DNA from: Deltaproteobacteria bacterium
GTDB taxonomy: Bacteria; Myxococcota_A; Polyangia; Fen-1088
NCBI GenBank assembly: GCA_033763315.1
Contig: JANRKS010000019.1
Span: forward strand, 416,001-480,000
Length of the DNA: 64,000 nt
Direction of reading: 5' to 3'
Shown here: positions 26,456-36,352 of the stretch, piece after piece
Layout: each line of letters opens with the position of its first letter
Position numbering within the stretch: position 1 is the stretch's first letter
The notes under the pieces: model-generated
Databases searched by the model: none
What the model was told of the DNA's origin: nothing
Seen by the model: only the letters and a program-made list of their open reading frames with translations
Translations under genes and position numbers: made by a program

Positions 26456-28714
26456 ATGGACCAATCTTTTGATGCCAGAGGGTGGCTGGGGTCGCTAGCC
26501 GGCGAAACCCGCGACGTTTACGCCAAGAACCGGCGGGTCATGTCGTTCGGCGAATATCTGGCGCTGTTTGGGGAAAATCCCAAACAACAATCCAGGTCTG
26601 CGGCCGAATACCTGCGCGACGTGTTCGACCATTTCGGACACGAAGCGGTCAACACGCCCCGGGGCGAGATGAAGCGCTTCAAACTGTTCGATTGCCCCTG
26701 GGATGGCGGGCGCGATCGGTTGATGGGCCAAGAAGAGGTGCAAGATCTCGTTTATCGCCTGCTCTCAAATTTCGCGCGGGAAGGGCGCACCAACCGCCTG
26801 ATTCTGCTGCACGGACCAAACGGCAGCGCCAAATCAACCTTCATCGGCTGCGTGCAACGGGCGATGGAGCATTATGCGTCTCTCGACGAGGGCGCCGTCT
26901 ATCGCTTTAACTGGATCTTCCCAGTGCAAAAGCTTGTGAAGGGCGGCATCGGCTTTGGTGACCGCGGGCCCGAACCAACGCCGGTGAGCGATTCATACGC
27001 CTACCTCGACGATGATCTAATCGAGGCAAAATTGGTGGATGAACTCAAAGACCACCCCCTGCTGCTGATCCCACGGGATAAGCGCAAGCTGTTGCTCGAT
27101 GACGTTTTGGCGGGTCCTTTGCGTGAAGGGTTTCGGCCGGCGCGTTTGCTGGCCGATGGCGATCTGAACCCGCGCAACCGGATGATCTTTGAGGCCTTGC
27201 TCAATTCTTACCGGGGCGATCTCGGCCGGGTTTTGCGGCATGTGCAAGTGGAGCGCTTTTTTATCTCGCGCCGCTACCGCGTGGGCGTGGCCACCGTGGG
27301 GCCGCAGCTGGCTGTGGACGCTTCGGCCCGCCAATTGACGGTGGGCAAGAACTTGGCCGGCTTGCCGCCGGCAGTGAGCGCTTTGCCGCTGTTCGAATAC
27401 CAAGGCGAACTGGTGGATGCGAACCGCGGTGTGGTGGAGTTTGCGGATCTGCTGAAACGCCCGCTGGACGCCTTCAAATACCTGCTTGGCACCGTGGAAG
27501 ACGGGCATGTATCGCTGGACGCCGCCAACCTGCAGGTGGATACCGTGTTCCTGGCGTCTTCAAATGAAGGTTATCTTTCGGCCTTCAAGGAAATTCCTGA
27601 GTTCCAATCCTTTAAAGGCCGCATGGAGCTTGTCCGCGCGCCTTATCTGCTCGACTACAAAATCGAAGAGCAGATCTATCAAGAGCATCTGACCAATGCG
27701 GTGGGCGGCGGCACGCGACACGTGGCGCCGCACGTGGCGTGGGTTGCGGCCTTGTGGGCCGTGCTCACGCGCATGCGTAAGCCGATGACCGAAAAGTACG
27801 GCAAGGCCACCGCGGACCTTGTGGGGCGGCTATCGCCCATCGAAAAGGCCACCTTGTATGCGGGCGACGATCTTCCCGAAGGGTTCACGAGTGATCAGAT
27901 CCGCGATCTAAATGCCGAGCGGGAAAAAGTGGCGCGCGAATCCGACAGCTACCCCAACTACGAGGGCCGCTCAGGGGCGTCGCCGCGCGAGATGAAGCTG
28001 GCAATCATGAACGCCGGCCAAAGCACGCGGTTTTCGTGCTTCTCGCCTTTTGCAGTTCTGGATGAATTGGAGGAACTGGTCAAAGCGGTATCGGTTTACG
28101 ATTTTCTTAAGCAGGAGCCGGTTTCAGGGGGCTACCACGAACACCGCAAGTTCGTGTTTCAGGTGCGCGAAAAACTGATTGATCGGATCGATCATGAGGT
28201 GCGCGTATCGATGGGGTTGGTGGAGGAGCAGCGGTATCTGGATCAGTTCAGCCGCTACATCTCGCAGGTGTCTTCGTGGATCAAGGGCGAGAAGGTTTAC
28301 AACCCGATCACGCGCAAAGAAGAGCCCGCCAGCGAAGAGTTCATGTCTGAGATTGAAAAGCATCTTGACGTGGGCACGGGCAGCAAGCGCGAAGAATGGC
28401 GGCGCGACATCATCTCCCGCATTGGTGCATGGTCGGTGGATCACCCCAACCGCCGGCCCGATCTCGAGACGCTGTTCCCTCGTCACATTCAGAGCCTGCG
28501 CGAGGCGTTCTTTAATGAAAACAAAAAGCGCATCCGCAAACTGAACGAAAGCCTGTTGCGCTACCTCACCGAAGGCGAATCGGCACTGGACAAGGACGCC
28601 CTTGAAGACGCCAAGCAAACGCTCAGCGTGCTCAAGAGCCGCTTCGGCTATTGCCAAGACTGCGCCAAAGATTCGATCGTGATGCTGGTGAAGAAGCGCT
28701 ATAGCGGCAGCTGA
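26456..28714 (+). CDS. prkA: PrkA/YeaG family AAA+ serine protein kinase
   Basis: LLHGPNGSAKST, ANRGVVEF, EGRSGASPRE, FGYC. Confidence 0.9.
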   Translation: MDQSFDARGWLGSLAGETRDVYAKNRRVMSFGEYLALFGENPKQQSRSAAEYLRDVFDHFGHEAVNTPRGEMKRFKLFDCPWDGGRDRLMGQEEVQDLVYRLLSNFAREGRTNRLILLHGPNGSAKSTFIGCVQRAMEHYASLDEGAVYRFNWIFPVQKLVKGGIGFGDRGPEPTPVSDSYAYLDDDLIEAKLVDELKDHPLLLIPRDKRKLLLDDVLAGPLREGFRPARLLADGDLNPRNRMIFEALLNSYRGDLGRVLRHVQVERFFISRRYRVGVATVGPQLAVDASARQLTVGKNLAGLPPAVSALPLFEYQGELVDANRGVVEFADLLKRPLDAFKYLLGTVEDGHVSLDAANLQVDTVFLASSNEGYLSAFKEIPEFQSFKGRMELVRAPYLLDYKIEEQIYQEHLTNAVGGGTRHVAPHVAWVAALWAVLTRMRKPMTEKYGKATADLVGRLSPIEKATLYAGDDLPEGFTSDQIRDLNAEREKVARESDSYPNYEGRSGASPREMKLAIMNAGQSTRFSCFSPFAVLDELEELVKAVSVYDFLKQEPVSGGYHEHRKFVFQVREKLIDRIDHEVRVSMGLVEEQRYLDQFSRYISQVSSWIKGEKVYNPITRKEEPASEEFMSEIEKHLDVGTGSKREEWRRDIISRIGAWSVDHPNRRPDLETLFPRHIQSLREAFFNENKKRIRKLNESLLRYLTEGESALDKDALEDAKQTLSVLKSRFGYCQDCAKDSIVMLVKKRYSGS

Positions 28715-28717
28715 CCT

Positions 28718-29941
28718 TTATCGATGGCGCGCGGCCACCCGCTCAATGCGTTCGAGCAATGAGCGGGCGTTGGGCGTCTTCGTGAACACGTAAAGAGCGG
28801 CGGCCGTTTCGTCCCCCAAGACGTCCTCGGACACGCGCAGCGCTTTGCTTACGCCAAACACCACCGAAAACGGCAGGCCGGCTTCGCAAAGCTCCACGCG
28901 CTTCCACACAGCCGCGCGGCTCCAGTATCCCAGGAGTTCAAAAAACACCGTATGACCGGTGTTCACGTGGGTGAATTCGAGATCCGGGACGCACAACCCT
29001 GCGCCTGGAAGATCCAGCACACGCGCGCTTGCCGCCGCCGTCCAATCGCATTGCAGCGCCGGCCATCGTTGCAAGATCACACTGACGGGCTCGGCCATGG
29101 TTGTGCCGCTTTCGTCACAGGGGCGGCTTTGGCCCTTTTGTCGAAAGCGCAATGGCTTGCGCTCACGTCCCCATAAAACGTCGGCGGTGAGGCTCCACGC
29201 ATCGCACGCCATGATCGAGGGCAGCGCCAACGCCAACTTCAGGCCATAGCGGGTGCCTGCATCGAACATCGAGAAGGGCCCATCAAGGGTGATCTCGTAG
29301 CCACCCGCCGGCACAGGTGTGAGGGTGAATAGCAGTTGATGAAACTTTAGTGTTCGAAACAGACCGCGGAACTGAGCCGGATCCTGGCACGCCACGCGCG
29401 CGACCACACGTGTGGCACGCAACAACACCGCTTGAATCTGGGCCAATTCGTATAGCTGCAACAACCGATCGGGCGGCGGCACCAGGGCTTGCTTCAGAAT
29501 GTGCGCCCCCGGCAAATCGCCATAAAGCGCGGCGTCGAGCAGGGCCGCTGGCTGGCCCAAAGGCTCCGCGGCCGCTTGCAACACGATTTGCCGGCTAAAC
29601 TCCTCTGGACGCGTCGCTTGCCGCCGCAGTTCGGCCGCGCGCGTGAACACATCGGCGCGCACTTGTTGCGAGTCGAGCGGCGTCTCTTCCTCGAACACGC
29701 ATCGGTCCAGCACGAGTTTAAAAATGCCGTCGGCCAGCTTTCGATCTTTGGCGCCCCACGATGGCGTCAAAGCCTTACAGGCCTCCATGAAACTCTGCCG
29801 ATCTTTGCCGACGAAGGCGCGTGCGAGCTCACCATAGGCTTCGGCCATCGCCTGCGCGGCAAGCCGCTGCCTTTCGTCGAGCGGCACCACAAGCAATTCG
29901 TCTGCACGGCGGCGCGTGTGAACGTGCTCAGCGGTAAGCAA
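28718..29941 (-). CDS. DUF790 (Bax1-like) nuclease
   Basis: LYGDL, YELAQIQAVL, LDGP.S..YG..LA, VPD..FELLGYW. Confidence 0.88.
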   Translation of the reverse strand: MLTAEHVHTRRRADELLVVPLDERQRLAAQAMAEAYGELARAFVGKDRQSFMEACKALTPSWGAKDRKLADGIFKLVLDRCVFEEETPLDSQQVRADVFTRAAELRRQATRPEEFSRQIVLQAAAEPLGQPAALLDAALYGDLPGAHILKQALVPPPDRLLQLYELAQIQAVLLRATRVVARVACQDPAQFRGLFRTLKFHQLLFTLTPVPAGGYEITLDGPFSMFDAGTRYGLKLALALPSIMACDAWSLTADVLWGRERKPLRFRQKGQSRPCDESGTTMAEPVSVILQRWPALQCDWTAAASARVLDLPGAGLCVPDLEFTHVNTGHTVFFELLGYWSRAAVWKRVELCEAGLPFSVVFGVSKALRVSEDVLGDETAAALYVFTKTPNARSLLERIERVAARHR

Positions 29942-31304
29942 CGTGATCCCTTCGCCGCGAGCTGGTGCTGGCCTCAGAGGTATCACCTGTCACAAGTTCA
30001 TAAAGCAAGGCACGTTTTCCCGCGGATTTTCGCAGCACGCGCCCCAAGCGTTGCACGTGTTCGCGCACGGAGCCGCTGCCTGAAAGGACGATCGCCACGT
30101 TGGCCGCGGGTATATCCACGCCTTCGTTGAGCACCTTGGAGGTGACCAAGACGCTGTAGTGGCCTTCGGCAAACTTCTGCAGCGATAAAGTGCGTTCTTT
30201 GACCTTCGTGTGATGCGTGATGGCTGGCACCAAGAAAGTGCGCGACACCTGGTAGCATGTGGCGTTGTCTTGCGTAAAAATCAGCACGCGATCATGGCGA
30301 TGCTGAAACAACAGACGTTGCAGGTAATCAAGTTTCGCAGGCGCGGTGAAGGCCAGCTCTCGCTGCCGCTGGTACGCCTTCATGGCCCGCCTGCCTGCCT
30401 CGCTGCGTGACGCACGAATGATGAACTGCGACCAGCCATCGGGTTTCGCCATCGCGATGCCTTGCTCGCGCAGGAAGCCCACGTAAATCGAACGGGCTTC
30501 GTCATACTGAGCCCGCTCCTCGGCGGATAGATCAACGGCCACGCGAACCGTTTCGTATTCGGCCAGGTAGTCGCCCGACAACTCGACGATGTCTTTGCGA
30601 TACACAATGGGACCGACCAGCGACGCCGAATCGCTTTCCCGTCCGTCGGTGCGTTCAGGCGTGGCCGTCAAACCCAAGCGAAAGGGGGCCAAGGAAAACC
30701 GTGCGGCCAAGGCATAAGAGGCCCCCGGCAAATGGTGGCATTCATCAAACACCAACAGTCCGAAACGCGCGCCCAGATGCTCCATGTGCAAATAGGCCGA
30801 GTCGTACGTGCTAACCGTGATCGGCTGCACGTCATAATCGCCGCCACCGATCACGCCGATGGGTCCACCGAAAGCATCGGTCAACTGGGTGTGCCATTGC
30901 CGAACGAGATCTAAAGTGGGCGCCACCACCAAAGTGCTGCGGCGGCGATCATCGATCGCCATCAGTGCCACCTGTGTCTTGCCTGCGCCCGTGGGTAGCA
31001 CCACCACGCCGCGCCCGTGCGCCTTTTTCCATGCCGCCAAGGCCTCCGCTTGATACGGGCGTGGCTCGCGGTGCACGCGCGCCCCCTCCGCCAACGTTGC
31101 ATAGGCGCGGGCCGCATCATTGTAAGCCACGCGGTTCGCAATCAGGTACCGAACCGCATCGGCGTATTGGCACGCAGGTGCACGGTGGCAGGCCGTCCGT
31201 TCATCGAACACGAAACCAGCGGGAACGTGCAGCTCACCCGCGGGCCAGTGGCGCAGTTCCAATGTGCCGCCGGCAAAGCGTATGTCTACGGTCGAAGCTT
31301 GCAT
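29928..31304 (-). CDS. XPB/Rad25-like SF2 helicase
   Basis: RPYQ, LPTGAGKT, DECHH, LTATP, NEGVD, QRLGRVLR. Confidence 0.92.
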   Translation of the reverse strand: MQASTVDIRFAGGTLELRHWPAGELHVPAGFVFDERTACHRAPACQYADAVRYLIANRVAYNDAARAYATLAEGARVHREPRPYQAEALAAWKKAHGRGVVVLPTGAGKTQVALMAIDDRRRSTLVVAPTLDLVRQWHTQLTDAFGGPIGVIGGGDYDVQPITVSTYDSAYLHMEHLGARFGLLVFDECHHLPGASYALAARFSLAPFRLGLTATPERTDGRESDSASLVGPIVYRKDIVELSGDYLAEYETVRVAVDLSAEERAQYDEARSIYVGFLREQGIAMAKPDGWSQFIIRASRSEAGRRAMKAYQRQRELAFTAPAKLDYLQRLLFQHRHDRVLIFTQDNATCYQVSRTFLVPAITHHTKVKERTLSLQKFAEGHYSVLVTSKVLNEGVDIPAANVAIVLSGSGSVREHVQRLGRVLRKSAGKRALLYELVTGDTSEASTSSRRRDHVAYR

Positions 31305-31361
31305 CGTTTTGCGGCGACGGATGATAGCGCACTTGTTAAAGTGGCGAGCCGCTGGTTCCTC

Positions 31362-32246
31362 ATGCCTCGCAAAGCTACGTCCGCACAGCTTGAAATCATT
31401 CGTGCCGCTTTGGCTTTGGCCAGCAAGCGACCCTTTGCGCATTTGCTTTACGTCGGGGATTTGCCGCTGCCCGAAGAACCCTTTCGCGGCCGTTCGCAGG
31501 TGCGAAAGAAGTTGGTGCAAGCCATCGTCAGCCCCGCGCAACGGCAAGTGGTGGAGGCCATGGGCATCCCCGTTCTGCCGTTGCCTAAGTATGATCTGGG
31601 CCGTAGCGAGAAACTGAAGATCGCCATCGTTACCGGCATTGCGCGGGGCCTTTACTCTGAGGGCGAAAGCGTGGTGGCACTTTTGTCTCGCAAGCCGGCT
31701 TCGTTGCCCGATTCCATTTTGGTGGTGACGGTGGGGGGCGAGGGCGAAGAGGGTGGCTTCTCGTTCTTGCACGACGAATCCATTCCCCCCGAGGTGCTTG
31801 AGGCGGTGATCGATCTTGCCGTTACCACCGGCGTGGAAGGGTGGGAGGGGCGACCGTTGGGCGCGCTGTTCGTGATCGGCGACTCAAACAGCGCCATGGA
31901 GAACTCCCGTCAGATGTCGCTAAACCCGTTTCGGGGCTATTCGGAAGACGAACGCAATCTGCTGAACCCCGACGTGCAACGCTCGCTGCGCGCGTTTGCC
32001 GTGTTGGACGGCGCGTTTGTCATCCGCGAGGACGGCGTGGTTTTGGCGGCGGGGCGATACCTCAACTTCGACGAACAAAACGTGCAGGTGCCGCTGGGGT
32101 TGGGCGCTCGTCACATGGCTGCGGCCGGCATCAGCACACAGACCGAGGCCATTGCGGTGGCCGTATCGCAAACGTCGGGGGTCGTGCGCGTGTTCAAAAA
32201 GGGGCGTGCCGTGCTGGAATTGGCGCCGCGCACCCGCCGCGGCTAA
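31362..32246 (+). CDS. Diadenylate cyclase (DisA_N domain, DacZ-like architecture)
   Basis: EGRPLGALFVIGD, NPF.G, LDGAFVI, GLGARH.AA, VSQTSG. Confidence 0.88.
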   Translation: MPRKATSAQLEIIRAALALASKRPFAHLLYVGDLPLPEEPFRGRSQVRKKLVQAIVSPAQRQVVEAMGIPVLPLPKYDLGRSEKLKIAIVTGIARGLYSEGESVVALLSRKPASLPDSILVVTVGGEGEEGGFSFLHDESIPPEVLEAVIDLAVTTGVEGWEGRPLGALFVIGDSNSAMENSRQMSLNPFRGYSEDERNLLNPDVQRSLRAFAVLDGAFVIREDGVVLAAGRYLNFDEQNVQVPLGLGARHMAAAGISTQTEAIAVAVSQTSGVVRVFKKGRAVLELAPRTRRG

Positions 32247-33895
32247 GGCGCGGGCAGCACAACACGGAACAAGCCCGCTGGGTCCGTAACGGTTTCTGCG
32301 CGCAGCACCGCCGGAGCGGTGAGAGGCCCTTCGTAGACCATCACGCGGCACGCGCCACACGGCGTTTGCAGTGGTGTGACGACCTTGCCTTGGGCGACAC
32401 GACCGGACGGCAAGGTGAGGTTCAGCAACAACCCTTCGTTGCTTATCGTCGCGTTCCAAACCGTGAAGGGAATGGCTTCGCCTTGAGGAGGCCTCACCTC
32501 CACGCGAAACACGCCTGCGTCCACTCGCAGGCGGAAGGCCCCCCCGGCGTCTGTGGTTGTAACCGCGTCGCCCAGCCAATGGGGAACCCCGCAGTCCATC
32601 GTGCCCGGCAATGGCCCCAGTCGAACGGCAGTGACCACGGCGCCCCTCAACGGTGACAGGTCCGCTCGCTTCAACACGCCGGCCAAAGCGGGCCTTCGCG
32701 GAAGTTCGAGGGCGGCCGTGGTGGGCACGTTCGTCGAGTCGGAGGCTGCAGGCCCCACGCCGAACGACCGCACGCACGACGACGCCGCCTCCGAACCGCT
32801 GGGGCTCACCACCTGCACCGCGTATTGGCGTACGCCTTCGAGCGTCCCCGCAATGAGTGGGACATCGACCGTTCCATCAGCGCCTGCTTGAACGTCCTGC
32901 CCGTAGCGGGCAGACACGCCGACGCCGGTAGAAGGCAGTTTGGTCTCAAAGCGCAGCAAAGCCGCCACAACCGGCGTGTACGCTCCCATCGAATCCACCG
33001 CGACGACTGGCACACGGAATAGTTGTGGCGTGGGATGCGCTGGGAACCGAAGAACGCCGGCGTCCGTGGCCGCGGGTGGGAGCGCGTAGAACAAACTGGG
33101 CGCGGGGCCTGTTCCTGGCAAACCTAACTGTAGCACGGCCGCATCGGTCGCAGGGTCGCTAGCCCGGGTAAATGTGACACGAAAACGGCCGTCGGCACCT
33201 ATCGGTGCCTTTGCGCTCACCAGCTGACCGTCGCGGAACACTTGCGCCACATAGCCGACCGCACTTTGGTCGAACTCTGTCCGAACGCTGCCTTCCACAA
33301 CACGAAGTTCCGCCAGTGGGGGCAACAAAAGTTCCATGCGCTCCTGCAGAGCCAAGGTGTGAGCCGAAGGGGGCGTCACGGTGTCAACCGGCGAGCGTGG
33401 CAGCACGACGACCGTCGCCACTTCTTGCGCCCGCGTTTGCGGCACAGACAAAGTAAACGCAGCGCCACCTCCCATCACCGCGATCGCTGCCACCGCGTTA
33501 AAGAGCAAAGGGGGGGCGCCTGGAACGAGCGAAGGCAGTTGTGCACTGACGGCCAATTCACCCTGCGAAAGCTGCGCGAACTGCGACGTCGGGGCGGCCT
33601 TCACTGTGCCCGACACGCTCAGCCTGGCCGACAGGGGCAAAGGCGTTACAGAACTTGCGCCAAACACCGCGTTGGGAAACTCGGTGATGGCCGCCTCCAA
33701 GCCCGGTGCGGGAAAGACCGCGACATGCAACAACCGCGGGCCCGGCTCCTTCGGCACACACGTTTTAGCCAAGCAGGTCTCGGAAACGGAACATTGGCTA
33801 TCACTGCCGCAACCGCCCGCCATCGGTTCCGTGTTGCAGGCACCAAGAGCCCAGACGCTGGCAGCGACCACAGCGCCCATCCCCTTCATTGACAT
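32243..33895 (-). CDS. Lipoprotein with Cys-rich module and repeated beta-sandwich domains
   Basis: LGAC lipobox; CGSDSQC..C; repeated TDxxGxF motifs. Confidence 0.7.
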   Translation of the reverse strand: MSMKGMGAVVAASVWALGACNTEPMAGGCGSDSQCSVSETCLAKTCVPKEPGPRLLHVAVFPAPGLEAAITEFPNAVFGASSVTPLPLSARLSVSGTVKAAPTSQFAQLSQGELAVSAQLPSLVPGAPPLLFNAVAAIAVMGGGAAFTLSVPQTRAQEVATVVVLPRSPVDTVTPPSAHTLALQERMELLLPPLAELRVVEGSVRTEFDQSAVGYVAQVFRDGQLVSAKAPIGADGRFRVTFTRASDPATDAAVLQLGLPGTGPAPSLFYALPPAATDAGVLRFPAHPTPQLFRVPVVAVDSMGAYTPVVAALLRFETKLPSTGVGVSARYGQDVQAGADGTVDVPLIAGTLEGVRQYAVQVVSPSGSEAASSCVRSFGVGPAASDSTNVPTTAALELPRRPALAGVLKRADLSPLRGAVVTAVRLGPLPGTMDCGVPHWLGDAVTTTDAGGAFRLRVDAGVFRVEVRPPQGEAIPFTVWNATISNEGLLLNLTLPSGRVAQGKVVTPLQTPCGACRVMVYEGPLTAPAVLRAETVTDPAGLFRVVLPAP

Positions 33896-34410
33896 GCTTT
33901 CTTCACGTTCCACGTCAACCGCAACACGCGCGCGGTTTCAGGCACCACATCAAACGGAAACTCTGAAGATGGAGATTCTTCAAACCCCCGATCGGAAACC
34001 ACCAACATCGCACGGTGCTCTGATCCGCCCACGAGATCGCGAAAACAGATGGGCTTGAACCTAACCACGCGCGTGCGCACTTCCGCGCCGCCCGCAGAGG
34101 GTTCCAAGATCTCACCATCGAACCGTCGGCTCACCAGCCTGGAATAGGGCGGATAGTTAAATAGCCACCGCAGTGACAAGCGATCTTGTGGATTCGGATC
34201 CGCAAGCGTCACCACGATCTCATCGTTTTCGCCCACTGGGGATCCAATGGGTGGCGACACGTTCACCACGTACGGCGAAAGGTTTGGCTCAGGATCCTGG
34301 AACTCAGGCGACACGGGAAGAATGCAGGCGCAAGGCATCAACGCCACGGCCAACGTCACGGCCCAACGTCGCCAGCGAACCACCTTTGATGTGCCGCCCA
34401 AAAACTGCAC
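33886..34410 (-). CDS. Hypothetical lipoprotein
   Basis: Hydrophobic signal ending CAC; DPNPQDRL..RW. Confidence 0.65.
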   Translation of the reverse strand: MQFLGGTSKVVRWRRWAVTLAVALMPCACILPVSPEFQDPEPNLSPYVVNVSPPIGSPVGENDEIVVTLADPNPQDRLSLRWLFNYPPYSRLVSRRFDGEILEPSAGGAEVRTRVVRFKPICFRDLVGGSEHRAMLVVSDRGFEESPSSEFPFDVVPETARVLRLTWNVKKACQ

Positions 34411-34435
34411 CGCTCACATCTTAACGCGAACGCCG

Positions 34436-36265
34436 CTATCGATCCCAGGCTTCGTCCGAAGCATTTTCGCCGCCCGCGGGCAGCGGCCCGTCTTCCTTTT
34501 CCAGGTGACGGAAAATGGTGCGCGGATCCACGCCCAGATCGCGCGCGGTCTTCGTGCGGTTGCCATCGTTGAGCGCCAAGATCTCGTTGATGTACTCGCG
34601 CTGGAATTTTTCCTTGGCCTCGTTCAAAGGCAGGATAGGGGGCAGATCCGTCGGCAGAAGCCCCAGATCTTCGGGACCCAGCAGTGCCTTGTCGGCCAGC
34701 ACCACCGCTTTTTTGATCCGGTTTTCAAGCTCCCGGATGTTGCCCGGCCAGTTGTGCCGCTTCAGCGAAGCGATGGCACCAGGTGAATAACCCTTCACCT
34801 TGCTGCCGTATTCGGGCGCATACCTGCCGAGCATGTAGCGAGCCAGCATGACTATGTCTTCGCCACGCTCGCGCAGCGCCGGCAGGTGCAACTGCACCAC
34901 GTTCAGACGGTAATACAGATCCTCCCGGAACCGGCCGTTGCGTATCTCTTCTTCGAGGTTGCGGTGGGTGGCCGCGATGACTCGGATGTCGACCTGCTCT
35001 TGTTTGTTGTCACCCACGCGGGTCACAACCCGCTCCTGCAACGCGCGCAGGATCTTCACCTGCAGCGACATCGGCATCTCGCCAATCTCATCCAGGAACA
35101 ACGTGCCGCCGTTGGCCGATTGAAAGCGGCCCACCTTATTGGTCACGGCACCCGTAAAGGCGCCTCTGACATAACCGAACAGTTCCGACTCCAGCAGGTT
35201 TTCGGGAATGGCACCGCAATTGATGGTAACGAAGGGCCCCTTGGCGCGCGCCGATCGGTTGTGAAGCTCGTGCGCGATGAGCTCCTTGCCCGTGCCCGTT
35301 TCGCCCGTGACCAACACCGAAATGTCGGTGGCCGAGACTTTCTGTACCTTCCGAAACACCTCTTGCATCGGTGGGCAAGAGCCCACGATCTCGCCAAAGC
35401 GCATGCGCTCCAGGTGTTCCAGCAACGAACGTTTGTCGAGGCTCAGTTCGTTCACCATCAAGGCGTTGCGAATGATGAGCGACGCCTGTGCCGCGAAGAT
35501 CGAGAGCAGTTCAAGATGCGTGTCATCGAACAAGCGGGCGACGTTGTCGTTGCCCACGTAGATCACGCCCAGCAAGTCGCCACGCTCCAGCATCGGCACG
35601 CACATCACCGAAGTCAGCTTCAGGTTCACCACCGAAGCGGCCGTGCGGAAGCTGTCGTCGTTGAGCGCATCTGAAACGATGATGGCCTTCTTCGTTTCCA
35701 CCACCTTGGCCAAGATGGAATCCGAAAGGTGGCTAATCGCGTTCGCGATGCTTTCGCGCCGCAGGTTGCGCGCCACCTTCACCACGGGCTCGCCTGATTC
35801 CACCAGCACGATGAAGCCTTTGTCAGCGTTGCTGACTTGAATCACCATGTCGATCAGCGATTCCAGCAGCGCGGGTACCTCATAGTTGCCCATCAACTGT
35901 TGAGAAAACTCGAACAGTTTCTTGTATGAGTTCAGCTCGGCAATCGTTTTTGCAGCCACGTCGTCGGAAACGGGGGTGTCGTAAAGCGAGAACTCGAGCT
36001 CGGCTGGCCCCATCCGCACGCGATCCTCGTGTGCCAAACGATGCTTGGTGCGCTTGCGGCCGTTGACGAACATCTCGGCGCCGCGCTCAAGCACCGCCAA
36101 GTGAAAGTCGCGCCCGTCAAAGTTGATGTGGGCGTGGGTATCACCCAGCAGGGGATCGGGCAACACCACGTCGCAGTCCTCGCCCCGCCCTAAGGACGTG
36201 AGCTTCTTATAGATGTGATAGACCTTGACGCCTGACGCGGGCAGATGAATTTTCAGCGTTGCCAT
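34436..36265 (-). CDS. Sigma54-dependent activator, FHA-GAF-AAA+-Fis HTH
   Basis: GETGTGKE, GAFTGA, LFLDEIG, WPGNIREL; N-terminal FHA and GAF. Confidence 0.96.
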   Translation of the reverse strand: MATLKIHLPASGVKVYHIYKKLTSLGRGEDCDVVLPDPLLGDTHAHINFDGRDFHLAVLERGAEMFVNGRKRTKHRLAHEDRVRMGPAELEFSLYDTPVSDDVAAKTIAELNSYKKLFEFSQQLMGNYEVPALLESLIDMVIQVSNADKGFIVLVESGEPVVKVARNLRRESIANAISHLSDSILAKVVETKKAIIVSDALNDDSFRTAASVVNLKLTSVMCVPMLERGDLLGVIYVGNDNVARLFDDTHLELLSIFAAQASLIIRNALMVNELSLDKRSLLEHLERMRFGEIVGSCPPMQEVFRKVQKVSATDISVLVTGETGTGKELIAHELHNRSARAKGPFVTINCGAIPENLLESELFGYVRGAFTGAVTNKVGRFQSANGGTLFLDEIGEMPMSLQVKILRALQERVVTRVGDNKQEQVDIRVIAATHRNLEEEIRNGRFREDLYYRLNVVQLHLPALRERGEDIVMLARYMLGRYAPEYGSKVKGYSPGAIASLKRHNWPGNIRELENRIKKAVVLADKALLGPEDLGLLPTDLPPILPLNEAKEKFQREYINEILALNDGNRTKTARDLGVDPRTIFRHLEKEDGPLPAGGENASDEAWDR

Positions 36266-36352
36266 TGTTCTTCCGTGCCGTTGCCTGTCTATAGCGCAGA
36301 GCGCCGATAGGCAACCCCAAGTAGTATCACGGCTTGCAGGCCACAGGGCTAG

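Noticed and set aside
31305-31772. Extended N-termini in the ORF track for the helicase (to 31772) and cyclase (from 31017)
   Set aside because: They would overlap head-to-head by about 750 bp; family similarity begins at 31304 and 31362
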